Assembly (NCBI GenBank): GCA_965205855.1
Contig: OZ242184.1
Location: forward strand, 1,120,001 to 1,184,000
From: Thermodesulfobacteriota bacterium
Lineage (GTDB): Bacteria > Desulfobacterota_D > UBA1144 > Nemesobacterales > Mycalebacteriaceae
Direction of reading: 5' to 3'
Length of the DNA stretch: 64,000 nucleotides
Within the stretch, counting starts at the first letter, position 1; each line of letters starts with the position of its first letter. This document shows, one piece after another, positions 40,040 through 48,506 of this stretch. The position numbers were made by a program, and so were the translations under genes. The notes beneath the pieces were generated by a model. That model saw only the letters and a program-made list of their open reading frames with translations. It had not been told where the DNA came from and ran no database searches.

Positions 40040-40044
40040 ATCCC

Positions 40045-41292
40045 CTACCCTTTTCTAACTTCCTCCTGGTTCCTCAACCCAACCTTCGGTGCCTGCACAA
40101 GAACCGCCATTTTCCCCGAATGCTTATTCTCAAGCATATTCTGGTGCGCAAGCGGAATATCCTTATATTCAAAAACTTCCGAAATCACCGGATTTATAAT
40201 CCCCTTCTCAACAAGCGCGTTTGCGCGAATGCACTCGAGCGCATTCGCAAAATGTGAGCCGAGAATTTTTTTCTGGTGCATCCACAGATAGCGCACATCA
40301 AACGAGCAGTCATAACCCGTTGTTCCCGCGCAAATTACAATCCTTCCGAAACGGTTGCACACAAAAACGCTTGTCGGAAAAGTCCCCTCTCCGGGATGCT
40401 CAAAAACAACATTGGGGTTTTTTCTCTCCCCCATAATCTCCCAAATCGCCTTGCCGAATTTCTTTGTGTCGTCCAACCGCTCTTTTTTACGCTCCGGGCT
40501 TTCGTCCTTTGAATACATCAGTTTCGGAAAGTTTTTTCTGTTAATCGCCCCCTTCGCACCGAGTTCCACGCACATCTTCGCCTTTTCTTCGGAGGAGACA
40601 ACCGCGATTGCGTCCGCGCCCATCATTTTGCAGATCTGTATCGCAAACACTCCGAGCCCTCCGGCACCGCCCCAGATAAGAGCAAGCTCTCCGGGCTGAA
40701 TGTCGCACTGTGAAACCAGCATTCTGTAGGCGGTGAAATAGCAAAGCCCGTATGAAGCCGCCTCCTCCCATGTGAGATGGGCGGGTTTTGAGAGAATCTG
40801 CTGCGCCTGAACGCATGTGAACTGCGCAAACGAGCCGTTTGGGGTTTCGTATCCCCAAATCTGGTCTCCGGGACTTGCCATCGGGTCGTATGTTACAAAA
40901 TCCGCCGCGCTCTTTGTGCGTCTGGCATGCGAATAGTCCTCAACGTTGCAGTGGATAATCACCTCATCGCCCGGTTTCCAGCTTTTGACCTCGCTTCCTA
41001 CAGCCCAGACAATTCCCGCGGCATCGCTACCCGCTATGTGAAAATCCTGCTTGTGAATATCAAGAACCGACACCGGCTCTCCGAGACCCGCCCAGACGCC
41101 GTTGAAGTTGACGCCCGCCGCCATTACAAGAACAAGAACCTCGTCCGGCCCCGGCTTCGGAACAGCAATGGTCTCCTCCTGAAACGACTTCATCGGCTCA
41201 CCGTGCCGCTCCTTGCGTATAACCCATGCCTTCATCTTCTCAGGCATTTCCCCGATTTCGGGGAGAGTTCCCATTTCTATTGTTTCAGCCAT
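40045..41292 (-). CDS. ccr: Crotonyl-CoA carboxylase/reductase
   Basis: VMAAGVNFNGVWA, HIAGSDAAG, IWGYETP.GSFAQF, FEHPG, RYLWMHQK..GSHFAN. Confidence 0.93.
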   Translation of the reverse strand: MAETIEMGTLPEIGEMPEKMKAWVIRKERHGEPMKSFQEETIAVPKPGPDEVLVLVMAAGVNFNGVWAGLGEPVSVLDIHKQDFHIAGSDAAGIVWAVGSEVKSWKPGDEVIIHCNVEDYSHARRTKSAADFVTYDPMASPGDQIWGYETPNGSFAQFTCVQAQQILSKPAHLTWEEAASYGLCYFTAYRMLVSQCDIQPGELALIWGGAGGLGVFAIQICKMMGADAIAVVSSEEKAKMCVELGAKGAINRKNFPKLMYSKDESPERKKERLDDTKKFGKAIWEIMGERKNPNVVFEHPGEGTFPTSVFVCNRFGRIVICAGTTGYDCSFDVRYLWMHQKKILGSHFANALECIRANALVEKGIINPVISEVFEYKDIPLAHQNMLENKHSGKMAVLVQAPKVGLRNQEEVRKG

Positions 41293-41321
41293 TTTTTTTG
41301 CCCTCCGTTTGTTTTGCTTTG

Positions 41322-42323
41322 TCAGGGCGTGAAAAGCCCCGTTTTTTTCATTATCTCATCAATGTTGCGGTTTGCGCACTCATTGGCTTTTTTGGTTCCC
41401 TCTTTGAGAATATCTTTCACATTGTCCGGTCTTTTTTCAAACTCCGCCCTTTTCTCGCGAAACGGCTCAAGCATTGCGTTTATCGCCGTGCTGAGTTTCC
41501 TCTTAACCTCCACATCGCCGACCGCGCCCTTTCTGTAACGGTCTTTGAGGTCGTGAACCTCCGCCGTGTTAGGGTTGAAGGCATCGTGATATTCAAAGAC
41601 AGGGTTACCCTCAACCGTGCCGGGAATATCCGCCCTTATGCGCTTGGGATCTGTGAACATCCCGCCGACCTTTTTGCTCACCTCTTTTTCGGTGTCGGAA
41701 AGATAGATGCAGTTGTTGAGACTCTTGCTCATCTTGCGTCCGCCGTCCGTCCCTGTCAGACGCGACACCTTGCTGATTATCGGCTCCGGTTCATCAAAGG
41801 TTTCGCCGTAAAGAGAGTTGAACCTGCGGGCGAGTTCGCGCGTGAGCTCTATGTGGCTCAATTGGTCTTCCCCGACCGGAACCTTGCCGGCTTTGAAAAC
41901 CAGTATGTCCGAAGCCATAAGCACGGGATAGCCGAGTAGCCCAACGGAATAAGCCTCGCCGACTCCCATATCTTGTATCTTCTCCTTGAGGGTGGGAATT
42001 CTGCCGCAACGGGGAACCGAGCACAGCATTGACAGAATTACAGAAAGGCGCGAAATGGCGGGAATTTGCGACTGGATGTAAAAAACGGATTTTTCCGGAT
42101 CCATTCCGACAGAAAGCCAATCCGTTACCATTTCAACGGTGTTTTTCTCCACCTCGCGCGTTTTGTCAAAATGGGTTGTCAGCATGTGCAAATCCGCGAC
42201 AAGAAAAAAGCAGTCGTATTCGCCCTGAAATTTGAGGCGGTTGTAAAGCGAACCGACAAGATGCCCCAGATGAAGACGTCCGGTCGGTCTGTCGCCGGTT
42301 ACAAGTATGGGTTTGCGAGACAT
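41322..42323 (-). CDS. trpS: Tryptophan--tRNA ligase
   Basis: GDRPTG.LHLGH, VPVGEDQ, KMSKS. Confidence 0.96.
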   Translation of the reverse strand: MSRKPILVTGDRPTGRLHLGHLVGSLYNRLKFQGEYDCFFLVADLHMLTTHFDKTREVEKNTVEMVTDWLSVGMDPEKSVFYIQSQIPAISRLSVILSMLCSVPRCGRIPTLKEKIQDMGVGEAYSVGLLGYPVLMASDILVFKAGKVPVGEDQLSHIELTRELARRFNSLYGETFDEPEPIISKVSRLTGTDGGRKMSKSLNNCIYLSDTEKEVSKKVGGMFTDPKRIRADIPGTVEGNPVFEYHDAFNPNTAEVHDLKDRYRKGAVGDVEVKRKLSTAINAMLEPFREKRAEFEKRPDNVKDILKEGTKKANECANRNIDEIMKKTGLFTP

Positions 42324-42454
42324 TTAAGGGTTTTATGCTACTTGAGACTCGGGAAAGGTTCAATCAACTGTGAGAACAAAACGCTTCAATTTTCAAACTC
42401 CTCAATTCCGCATATAATACCGCGAGCGTTACGCCACGAACACAAGGACAGCAA

Positions 42455-44164
42455 ATGCCGGAACAGAAAAAATCCAAAGTTGAAGTTATCAAAGAAGACA
42501 GCAACTACCTGCACGGAACCATAAGCAAAACGCTTACGGGAGACGACACCCATTTTTCCGAGGCGGACTACCAGATTCTGAAATTCCACGGAATCTACCA
42601 ACAAGACGACCGCGACCTTCGCCAGCAACTTAAAAAAGAAAAAAAAGAGCGCAAATATATCTTCATGGTGCGCACAAAAAACCCCGGCGGCGGCGAGCTT
42701 TCACCGCGCCAGTGGGAAGCGCTGTGCGAAACATCGGACAGATACACAGACGGCACTCTGAGAATAACTACGCGCCAGACCATACAGTTCCACGGGATAG
42801 GAAAAGAAAACCTGAAAATGGCAATGCGGCACCTTAACGACAACTTTGTGCCGACAAACGGCGCCTGCGGCGATGTGAACAGAAACACCATTGCGGGACC
42901 CGTTTCGGACATCACTTCGGGCGATTTCAACGCCCAGCAACTCGCGCGCGAAATCTCCGAAACACTTTCGTATGAAACGGGCGCCTACTACGATGTGTGG
43001 ATGGACGGCGAGATGCTGACAAAAGAGAAACCCGTCCGAAACGGGGAAACCGAACCCCTTTACGGCAAAACATACCTGCCACGCAAATTCAAAATCAGCA
43101 TCGCCGAAGAGCATGACAATTCCGTTGACGCGCATACAAACGACATAGCCGTAATCCCCGTAACGGAGAAGGAAACGTTAAAGGGCTACAACATCCTTGT
43201 CGGCGGCGGACTGGGCAGCCATCACAGGCAGAAAAAAACCTTCCCGCGCCTTGCAGACACTCTGGGTTTTGTCGGCAAAGACAAAATTTTGCAAACGCTC
43301 AAAACAATCCTTGAGTTCCAGAGGGACAACGGAGACAGAAGCGACCGCAAACACGCGCGCATGAAATATGTGATTGAGGAATGGGGGATTGAAAAAGTCC
43401 GCGAGGAACTTGAAAATCGGCTCGGTTTTGAGATTGAACCGGCAACGGAATTTTCCCTCCGCCAGCCGGAAAACCACCTCGGATGGCATACTCAGAGCGA
43501 CCCAGGACTTATGTATGTCGGCATATTCATCGAGAACGGGAGAATCAAAGACATTACGGAAAAACCCGTGAAAACCTGCATAAGGGAGATAGTAAGGGAT
43601 TTCGGCGCGGGAGTCCGGCTGACGGCTTTGCAGAACATCATACTTTCAAACATCCCGAAAGACAGAGTTGAGGAAGCGAAGGCGCGCTTGAAAAAGGGTG
43701 GTGTCAAAACGGAGTCCGAATACTCAAATGTGCGCCTCAACTCAATGGCCTGTCCCGCCCTTCCCACTTGCGGGCTCGCGCTTGCCGAGGCCGAAAGGTA
43801 TATGCCGTCCCTCATCTCCCGCCTTGAGAGAATGGGATACGGGGACGAGAATATCAAAATCAGAATGAGCGGATGCCCGAATTCATGCTCGCGTCCGCCG
43901 GTTTCCGAAATCGGACTGATAGGAGCGTCTCCGGGCAAATACAACATCTACCTAGGCGGAAATTTTGAAGGCACGCGTATGAACAGCCTTTACGAGGAGA
44001 TGGTCGGCGAAAACGAACTTGCTCGCAGAATTGCGGAATTCATAGACTTTTACAGGGAAAACGGCAAAAACGGCGAAGCGTTCGGGGATTTCTGCAACAG
44101 GGTGGGCTTTGAGAAAATCAGAGAAGCAACGCGCCCGGAGGGAGTCGAACCCCCAACCTCCTGA
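42455..44164 (+). CDS. cysI: Sulfite/nitrite reductase hemoprotein (CysI/Sir)
   Basis: KFHGIYQQDDRD, TTRQ..QFHG, YLPRKFK, CPALPTC...SGCPNSC siroheme/4Fe-4S ligands. Confidence 0.9.
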   Translation: MPEQKKSKVEVIKEDSNYLHGTISKTLTGDDTHFSEADYQILKFHGIYQQDDRDLRQQLKKEKKERKYIFMVRTKNPGGGELSPRQWEALCETSDRYTDGTLRITTRQTIQFHGIGKENLKMAMRHLNDNFVPTNGACGDVNRNTIAGPVSDITSGDFNAQQLAREISETLSYETGAYYDVWMDGEMLTKEKPVRNGETEPLYGKTYLPRKFKISIAEEHDNSVDAHTNDIAVIPVTEKETLKGYNILVGGGLGSHHRQKKTFPRLADTLGFVGKDKILQTLKTILEFQRDNGDRSDRKHARMKYVIEEWGIEKVREELENRLGFEIEPATEFSLRQPENHLGWHTQSDPGLMYVGIFIENGRIKDITEKPVKTCIREIVRDFGAGVRLTALQNIILSNIPKDRVEEAKARLKKGGVKTESEYSNVRLNSMACPALPTCGLALAEAERYMPSLISRLERMGYGDENIKIRMSGCPNSCSRPPVSEIGLIGASPGKYNIYLGGNFEGTRMNSLYEEMVGENELARRIAEFIDFYRENGKNGEAFGDFCNRVGFEKIREATRPEGVEPPTS

Positions 44165-44203
44165 TCCGTAGTCAGACGCTCTGTCCAGTTGAGCTACGGG
44201 CGC
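44130..44203 (-). tRNA. tRNA-Arg (ACG)
   Basis: GCGCCCG acceptor stem, TAGCTCAACTGGACAGAGC D-arm, CTGA-CTACGGA-TCAG anticodon arm, GGTTCGACTCC T-arm; CCA not encoded. Confidence 0.96.
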
Positions 44204-44237
44204 TTGCAAGAGGGCATTGTAACAGAGATAAGCGAGT

Positions 44238-44861
44238 ATGGAAAAACTTGAGACACTTCTTGACTCCGAAATGGGCTCTTTTCTCACAAAAGCGCGCGAA
44301 CTTCCCGAAGTAAAAGCGCTTGTTTCCGGAAAAGTGACCCGTGCGCAGTATAAGAAACTGCTGAAAACCTTCTGTCTGGTGGAGCAGATAAGCCACAGGG
44401 CGGTTAACACTGCCGCAATCTACGCGAGGGAAAAAGGAAACGCATATCTTGCCGGACGTCTCGGCTCATGCGCCGCGGGAGAGCTCGGACACGCGGAACT
44501 TGCGCTTGAGGATTTGCGGGATTTGGGAGACAAAAGCGCAAAAATTCCCAAAGCGGAAAATTGGGAGGCGGAGTTGTTGAAAAAAGCGAGGGAGTTTCCG
44601 CCCGCGATTATCGGGCATTCGTATCTTTTTGAAGGCGCGTCCGGAATTTTGTTTCAGGATGCGGTTGTGCCAAAGGGAATGCCGGAAAGGTTTGTGATTG
44701 TTCACGCAAAGGAAGACCCCGCGCACGCAAGGGCGATAAAGCGCACAATTCGGGTAATGGAAAAAAACCTGACCCGAAAACAAACCGAAGAGATTGTGAA
44801 GTTTGCACGTAAAAGCGGCGTGCGTTTAATGAAAATATTTGAGGAAAACAGAACCATTTGA
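44238..44861 (+). CDS. Heme-oxygenase-like diiron oxidase (iron-containing redox enzyme)
   Basis: Helical protein with ELGH..LALEDL, YLFEG and HAKEDPAH metal-ligand pattern. Confidence 0.7.
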   Translation: MEKLETLLDSEMGSFLTKARELPEVKALVSGKVTRAQYKKLLKTFCLVEQISHRAVNTAAIYAREKGNAYLAGRLGSCAAGELGHAELALEDLRDLGDKSAKIPKAENWEAELLKKAREFPPAIIGHSYLFEGASGILFQDAVVPKGMPERFVIVHAKEDPAHARAIKRTIRVMEKNLTRKQTEEIVKFARKSGVRLMKIFEENRTI

Positions 44862-45115
44862 AGATTTGAGAAAAACCGTCAATAAAATATTAAACTCTGC
44901 ACATCTTTTTGGAGGTTTATGGGGTTACGAAGAAGAAAATTTGAAAGAGTAATGAAAACAAGAAGCAATATTTTGGGATAAATCTGGAGAAGATGACCCA
45001 ATTAACTCAGAACTAAAAAAAAATCATCTCGGAGATAGAAGGCACATGTAAAAACATAATATCTCAAGAACAAAACCTTATTAAAATTGTCTACAAAAAT
45101 TTACGGAAAAAATAA
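44857..45115 (+). pseudogene. AT-rich gene remnant
   Basis: Protein-like frame broken by TAA-TGA (44950-44955) and an apparent frameshift in the A9 run 45015-45023. Confidence 0.4.
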
Positions 45116-45205
45116 AAACAATTAGTCTCTTTATCCTTAATATATTTTTTAATTTCACTTTTGTTGTCAACCAAAATCCTATGGTAACTGAACGTATTTA
45201 CACCC

Positions 45206-45673
45206 TCACCTCGGCTCAAAAACTACAACCTCAACCCCGTCCATCCCTTCAAAAGCCCCAACAACAAGTGGCTTCACATTTCTCCAATCCAAACCTCCTA
45301 ACCCACAACCCAGCGCCGGAATTGCAATTAATTCAATCGCCCGTTTTTCAATTTCGTTTATGAGCGCAATAAGCCCGCTTTCTATGTATTCCATTCTGCT
45401 CTTGTCGCGGTAATGGTTTTCGGTTGGAAAATTGATTATGTATTTCGGGAACATAACGCCCGTTTCAAAAACAAACATTTCTCCGGTTTTCACCCTTCCC
45501 TGTTTGCATGCAACGGCATACGCCTCAAAATTCGCCGCAAAACGCTTTTTGAATTGAAACGCGAGCCCCGCGCCCATCGCACCAACGCAGTTAACGGGAT
45601 TGACCAACGCGTCCGCCGGTTCGTCAAAAATGCTTCCCGCTGTTTTACGCTGAATTCCCAAAATAATCCTCAC
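45206..45673 (-). CDS. Macrodomain protein (DarG-like)
   Basis: ALVNPVNCVGAMGAGLA.QFK, IINFPT, IAIPALGCGLGGLDW; GTGA overlap with the permease stop. Confidence 0.88.
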   Translation of the reverse strand: MRIILGIQRKTAGSIFDEPADALVNPVNCVGAMGAGLAFQFKKRFAANFEAYAVACKQGRVKTGEMFVFETGVMFPKYIINFPTENHYRDKSRMEYIESGLIALINEIEKRAIELIAIPALGCGLGGLDWRNVKPLVVGAFEGMDGVEVVVFEPR

Positions 45674-46707
45674 CCCGTAAAAGCGCCGTTGAGAACAACC
45701 GCAATCGCAACAATCTGCGGAACCGCCACAAGCGGGATAAATAGCGACAGTTTCCACGAACGTGTTGTGTCCTGAACGGCCATTATCTCCGTATAGTCGG
45801 TTGCGGCTCCCGCCATAAGAAAAGTGAACGAATTGCCCGGTGCGCCCGCGCGCGTGAGCAGGTCTGCGGCGAGAGGAGTCGAACCCTCGGAGCAGACTTC
45901 AATCACCGTTGCGGCAACAAGAGTCAACCCCAGACCCGCAAGGGTGGGACCGAAAAGGGTTTCATATCCGATTTCCGCCCCGAAAACTCTGACTGCGGAC
46001 GCAAAAACCACCCCGAACAGAAGCCAGCGCAAAACGGGTTTTGAATCGCGGAAAGCGGACTTGCCCACAAAAAGGGCGGTCGCCCTGTCCAGGCGGATTG
46101 CGGAAAACACTGAGAAAACCGACACTCCGTCTGGAAGCGGTTGCGCGGTGTTGGGGTTTGCCGGCAGAACGGAGATCTTCTCAAACCAGACGAAAACCAG
46201 ACCGGTAACAAACGCCACTACGGTTGAGAGAACGACAAATGCAAAAGTCCACCAGAAACCCACAAGCGCTATAAGAACAAAAGTCAACGAGAGCGAATTC
46301 CACGGACTTGCAATAAGAAAAGCCGCAACTTGCCCCATGCTTGCGCCGCGTTCGTAAAGTTTCATTCCAAGAAAAATTATTCCGTGATTGCATACATCGA
46401 AAAGCACTCCGGCAAAAACCGCCCGCGCAATTCCGCGCGCGGTTGCGCCGTTGCCGAGAACAGAAACAATTGCCTCGCGGGGAACAAGCGAAAGAAACGC
46501 AATTGAGACAACCCCCAAAGCAATTCCGGGAAGAACTGTGTTTGTTATTTCACGAACAGAAAGGGTTAAATCCGCAAAACGGACGGAAGACGGAGAGAAA
46601 AAATCCGCAATGTAAAAGAAAACAACCGCCGAAAGAGAAAGCCAGAAAAGATAATCAAAGGAACCGGTTTGATGGCAACAGCCTGATTGAGAGTTCCTCT
46701 CTTCCAT
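45670..46707 (-). CDS. Predicted permease (DUF318/ArsP-like)
   Basis: Multi-TM; DVCNHG, AFLIASPW, EVCSEGSTP, TFLMAG; start at ATG 46707. Confidence 0.85.
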   Translation of the reverse strand: MEERNSQSGCCHQTGSFDYLFWLSLSAVVFFYIADFFSPSSVRFADLTLSVREITNTVLPGIALGVVSIAFLSLVPREAIVSVLGNGATARGIARAVFAGVLFDVCNHGIIFLGMKLYERGASMGQVAAFLIASPWNSLSLTFVLIALVGFWWTFAFVVLSTVVAFVTGLVFVWFEKISVLPANPNTAQPLPDGVSVFSVFSAIRLDRATALFVGKSAFRDSKPVLRWLLFGVVFASAVRVFGAEIGYETLFGPTLAGLGLTLVAATVIEVCSEGSTPLAADLLTRAGAPGNSFTFLMAGAATDYTEIMAVQDTTRSWKLSLFIPLVAVPQIVAIAVVLNGAFTG

Positions 46708-46723
46708 AAAAATGCCCTCTTTT

Positions 46724-46806
46724 CGGAGGGCGAGGGATTCGAACCCCCAAGTCCGCAAGGACGCCGGTTTTCAAGACCGGTGCATTAGCCGTTCTGCCAG
46801 CCCTCC
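46724..46806 (-). tRNA. tRNA-Ser (TGA)
   Basis: GGAGGGC/GCCCTCC acceptor stem, CCGGT-CTTGAAA-ACCGG anticodon arm, variable arm, GGTTCGAATCC; CCA not encoded. Confidence 0.95.
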
Positions 46807-46832
46807 ATGCAAGAAAAACTATATTATCATAC

Positions 46833-48497
46833 TCAAACCGCAGTTCTGTGCGCGGTTTCGTCTTCTTTGAGCATGGGAAGGTATTTTCCACCAAGTATTA
46901 TGTTGCCTTGTTGTGCGCCGCTCAGAAGTCTTTCCACCATGTAATCCCTGTTCGTGCCGACTATGTTCACCCCGTGGTCGCTCTCCACAAGGCAGAGAAG
47001 CTTCATATCACGGTTCTCCGACGGAGCTGTATCGGCAACCTTATATACCGCCGCATAATTTAGAAGAGCCGCTTCAACGGTTCCGCACGGAAGAGACGGA
47101 TTGCGCGCGCCTTCGCAGAATTCGCCGTTTTTAAACCATTCGGGAGACGGATAGCCGTGAAAATGCAGTATTGACATACCGTCATTTTCCACAAGCTCCG
47201 GCATATAAATAGCAAAAGAAAACGCTTGGGCAAGAATTACAAAGGTGTCAAAAGAAGGTCTGATGTCACGGCGCGAAAGATCCATGCCACGCGGGATTTG
47301 AAGATGAAGCTGCCCGTTAACAATTCCCATTCGCACAATGTCACTCATCGGGTCAAGGTTTGTTTTATCGCACCCCGAACGCGAGGTTACCGTCCAGAGA
47401 TGGGGAACCTGTCTGAAAAATTCCCTGCCTGCCACTCTTATTTTCACATACCACCTACCGGACTGTGCCGTCCTGACATCGGTAAGCTCTTTCACGGAAG
47501 AAAAAGTCTCCCATTCCGCCGCCGTGACTTCTCTGGGGCCTTCGTATTCGGGCGGCTCAACAATTGCTATAAACCCGTAGGAAACGCCCGTTCTGCCGTC
47601 AAGTATGTTGCTTAAAACATCGCGGTGGGAAACGCGCCGTATCCTCTCACTGAATTTGTATCCCTCCGGGAAAAGCCCGGACGGACGGACCATCTTGCCG
47701 AGGTTTGCAAGCGCTTCGGTATTTTCATTTTCCGCAGGGTCAAATTCCTCTATTTTGAATCTGCTCAAAATTGGCGGTTTTATCGGAGCGTAGATTTTCG
47801 GCACAAGTGAGTTAAGAACAAAACCGTCAATCTGCTCATGAGCATAAACCGAATCTGACAGGTTCATGTTGATAATGGCGAAGTTCTCACCGGAAACCCC
47901 GATGACAATCTCCGACATGGTGCCGAGAAGATGGCTGAGCCCTATCTCTATTTTGACATTGTATGCCGTATCCTTGTCTTCAAACTCTTCCTCAAGCGGC
48001 ACAATTGTTATAACCTGCGTGCCGAAAGGGTCCTGGATGTACTTCTGTGTAAAATCGTCCGCCCAGCCGCTTATTTTCAGTATCTCCATAACAGACCTAC
48101 CGGGCTTTCTGACCAGTCCGTAAATACCCTCGGCAAACGCGCTCATAGCTCTGCGCAGGATTGAAGGACGCCTCTCAACATCCACAACAGCATTTATGTC
48201 ACGCTTGACGCGTCTTATTTTGAACAGACGGGAAATTAATCCGTAGGCGTTGTCCTGAACGGTCGCGTCCTCCCACGACACAACAACCACGCCAAGTACT
48301 TCAAGGCTTTTTTGAAGCTTTTCTGCGAAGGATTTTATTTGAGTGTTTCCATAGCCGTCCGGGACGGGACGGAAAGTAACCCTGACATTCGGCGCCATCT
48401 CGCGCGGGTCGGTCGGGTTGGCAATATCACGCAACTGAGGCATTCCCGTGAGGGAAACTATGGTTTGAAGGTCAATGTCGGCTAATCTCTGGCTCAT
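46833..48497 (-). CDS. 554-aa protein: unknown N-terminal domain plus class II aldolase/adducin-like C-terminal domain
   Basis: GVSYGFI, TSRSGCDK, RPSFD, ILHFHG, PCGT.E.A, DHGV.IVG occur in class II aldolase order; the ORF is secure, the function is inferred. Confidence 0.7.
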   Translation of the reverse strand: MSQRLADIDLQTIVSLTGMPQLRDIANPTDPREMAPNVRVTFRPVPDGYGNTQIKSFAEKLQKSLEVLGVVVVSWEDATVQDNAYGLISRLFKIRRVKRDINAVVDVERRPSILRRAMSAFAEGIYGLVRKPGRSVMEILKISGWADDFTQKYIQDPFGTQVITIVPLEEEFEDKDTAYNVKIEIGLSHLLGTMSEIVIGVSGENFAIINMNLSDSVYAHEQIDGFVLNSLVPKIYAPIKPPILSRFKIEEFDPAENENTEALANLGKMVRPSGLFPEGYKFSERIRRVSHRDVLSNILDGRTGVSYGFIAIVEPPEYEGPREVTAAEWETFSSVKELTDVRTAQSGRWYVKIRVAGREFFRQVPHLWTVTSRSGCDKTNLDPMSDIVRMGIVNGQLHLQIPRGMDLSRRDIRPSFDTFVILAQAFSFAIYMPELVENDGMSILHFHGYPSPEWFKNGEFCEGARNPSLPCGTVEAALLNYAAVYKVADTAPSENRDMKLLCLVESDHGVNIVGTNRDYMVERLLSGAQQGNIILGGKYLPMLKEDETAHRTAV

Positions 48498-48506
48498 TCT
48501 TTCTCC

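Noticed and set aside
41325-41348. GGGC-GTGAAAA-GCCC hairpin followed by a T-run on the + strand
   Set aside because: It lies within the trpS coding end, has only a 4-bp stem, and there is no + strand gene upstream to terminate.
46724-46806. tRNA with TGA anticodon as a possible selenocysteine or suppressor tRNA
   Set aside because: Anticodon TGA reads UCA (Ser); tRNA-Sec has anticodon TCA and a longer acceptor stem.
44130-46806. Segment between the two tRNAs as an integrative element
   Set aside because: No integrase and no duplicated tRNA 3' end were found; the permease and oxidase genes have host-like composition.
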